64,000 bases of DNA, from the NCBI GenBank assembly GCA_004022145.1, contig RCNU01000013.1. One strand, written 5' to 3'. Below are positions 63,376 to 64,000 of this stretch, one piece after another. Under the pieces are notes generated by a model. That model did not search any database. It was not told the origin of the DNA and saw only the letters and a program-made list of their open reading frames with translations. Made by a program: the position numbers and the translations under genes. Numbering within the stretch: position 1 is the first letter of the stretch; every line of letters begins with the position of its first letter. Origin of the DNA: Paecilomyces variotii. Lineage: Eukaryota.

Positions 63376-64000
63376 TTAATAACCTGGAACCACCGAGTCT
63401 CGTCTCAGATCTGTTTCTCGGCATTGTTGCATCTCCGAAGCCGGCGTTACTCAGCGAACCCTTCCCGTTGGTAAGTTAGCGGGAAGTGGCCACGGCAGAT
63501 TTAAGTATTGGGGGACATTGTTGCACGGGTGAATAGTTCACGGCCGAGTATACTGCAGACTCTATTGTATTCAATCGAAAATAGCGTCTTACTGTAAGTA
63601 GCTATAGATATTATATCTACTGAGTGAAATAATTCATCTATGCACCTTCGAAAGGCCCACTGAGTAGGGACTAAGGATCTCTCTCATACGTGCTATCTAT
63701 GTGGCGGCACACAAGCTCGGCTCGGAAGGACTTAATGGGATATCCGAGCCGAGATTAACTTCATACCATACTATCACCAGTTAACCCTCGTTGTGGGTAC
63801 AAGAATATGAGACACTTTTTTTGTCGGTTAATATAACTGGATCTCAGAAGTACTGCTGGTGAGACTGATACTAATATACTAACCTCAGACGAGGGTATCA
63901 CGCGTCTTTTCTTGGACGGTTCTTCGAATGCTCAACAACGAAACAATCGCGTATGGATTGAACAGAATCACCACTTTGGTCTTTCTACTAAGCTTTTCTG

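Overview
Fungal (filamentous ascomycete, Eurotiales-like) nuclear DNA, judged from short GT-AG introns with CTRAC/CTAAC branch points and Aspergillus/Paecilomyces-type genes. About 20 intact genes: secreted CPWC thioredoxin-reductase-like sulfhydryl oxidase, NACHT-ankyrin NLR, a bacterial-type FAD monooxygenase divergent from a Zn2Cys6 regulator, GH72 glucanosyltransferase, four MFS transporters, an Avt-type amino acid transporter, a SLATT 2TM protein, an arylsulfotransferase, a BTB/POZ protein, the mitochondrial phosphate carrier, a presequence-less MnSOD convergent with a ligand-less Cu/Zn-SOD/CCS-fold gene, and an AIF/AMID-like oxidoreductase with a perfect double-GATA palindrome upstream. 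Mobile DNA: a 289-bp hAT-type MITE with an exact 8-bp TSD (39471-39759), a dispersed two-copy relic (about 27.9 kb and 58.2 kb), and a decayed accessory island (about 45.5-52 kb). The island holds a pseudogenised tyrosine recombinase resembling a Starship DUF3435 captain, three copies of its zinc-finger tail and scrambled fragments of other genes. All family assignments come from motif recognition by eye; no database search was run.
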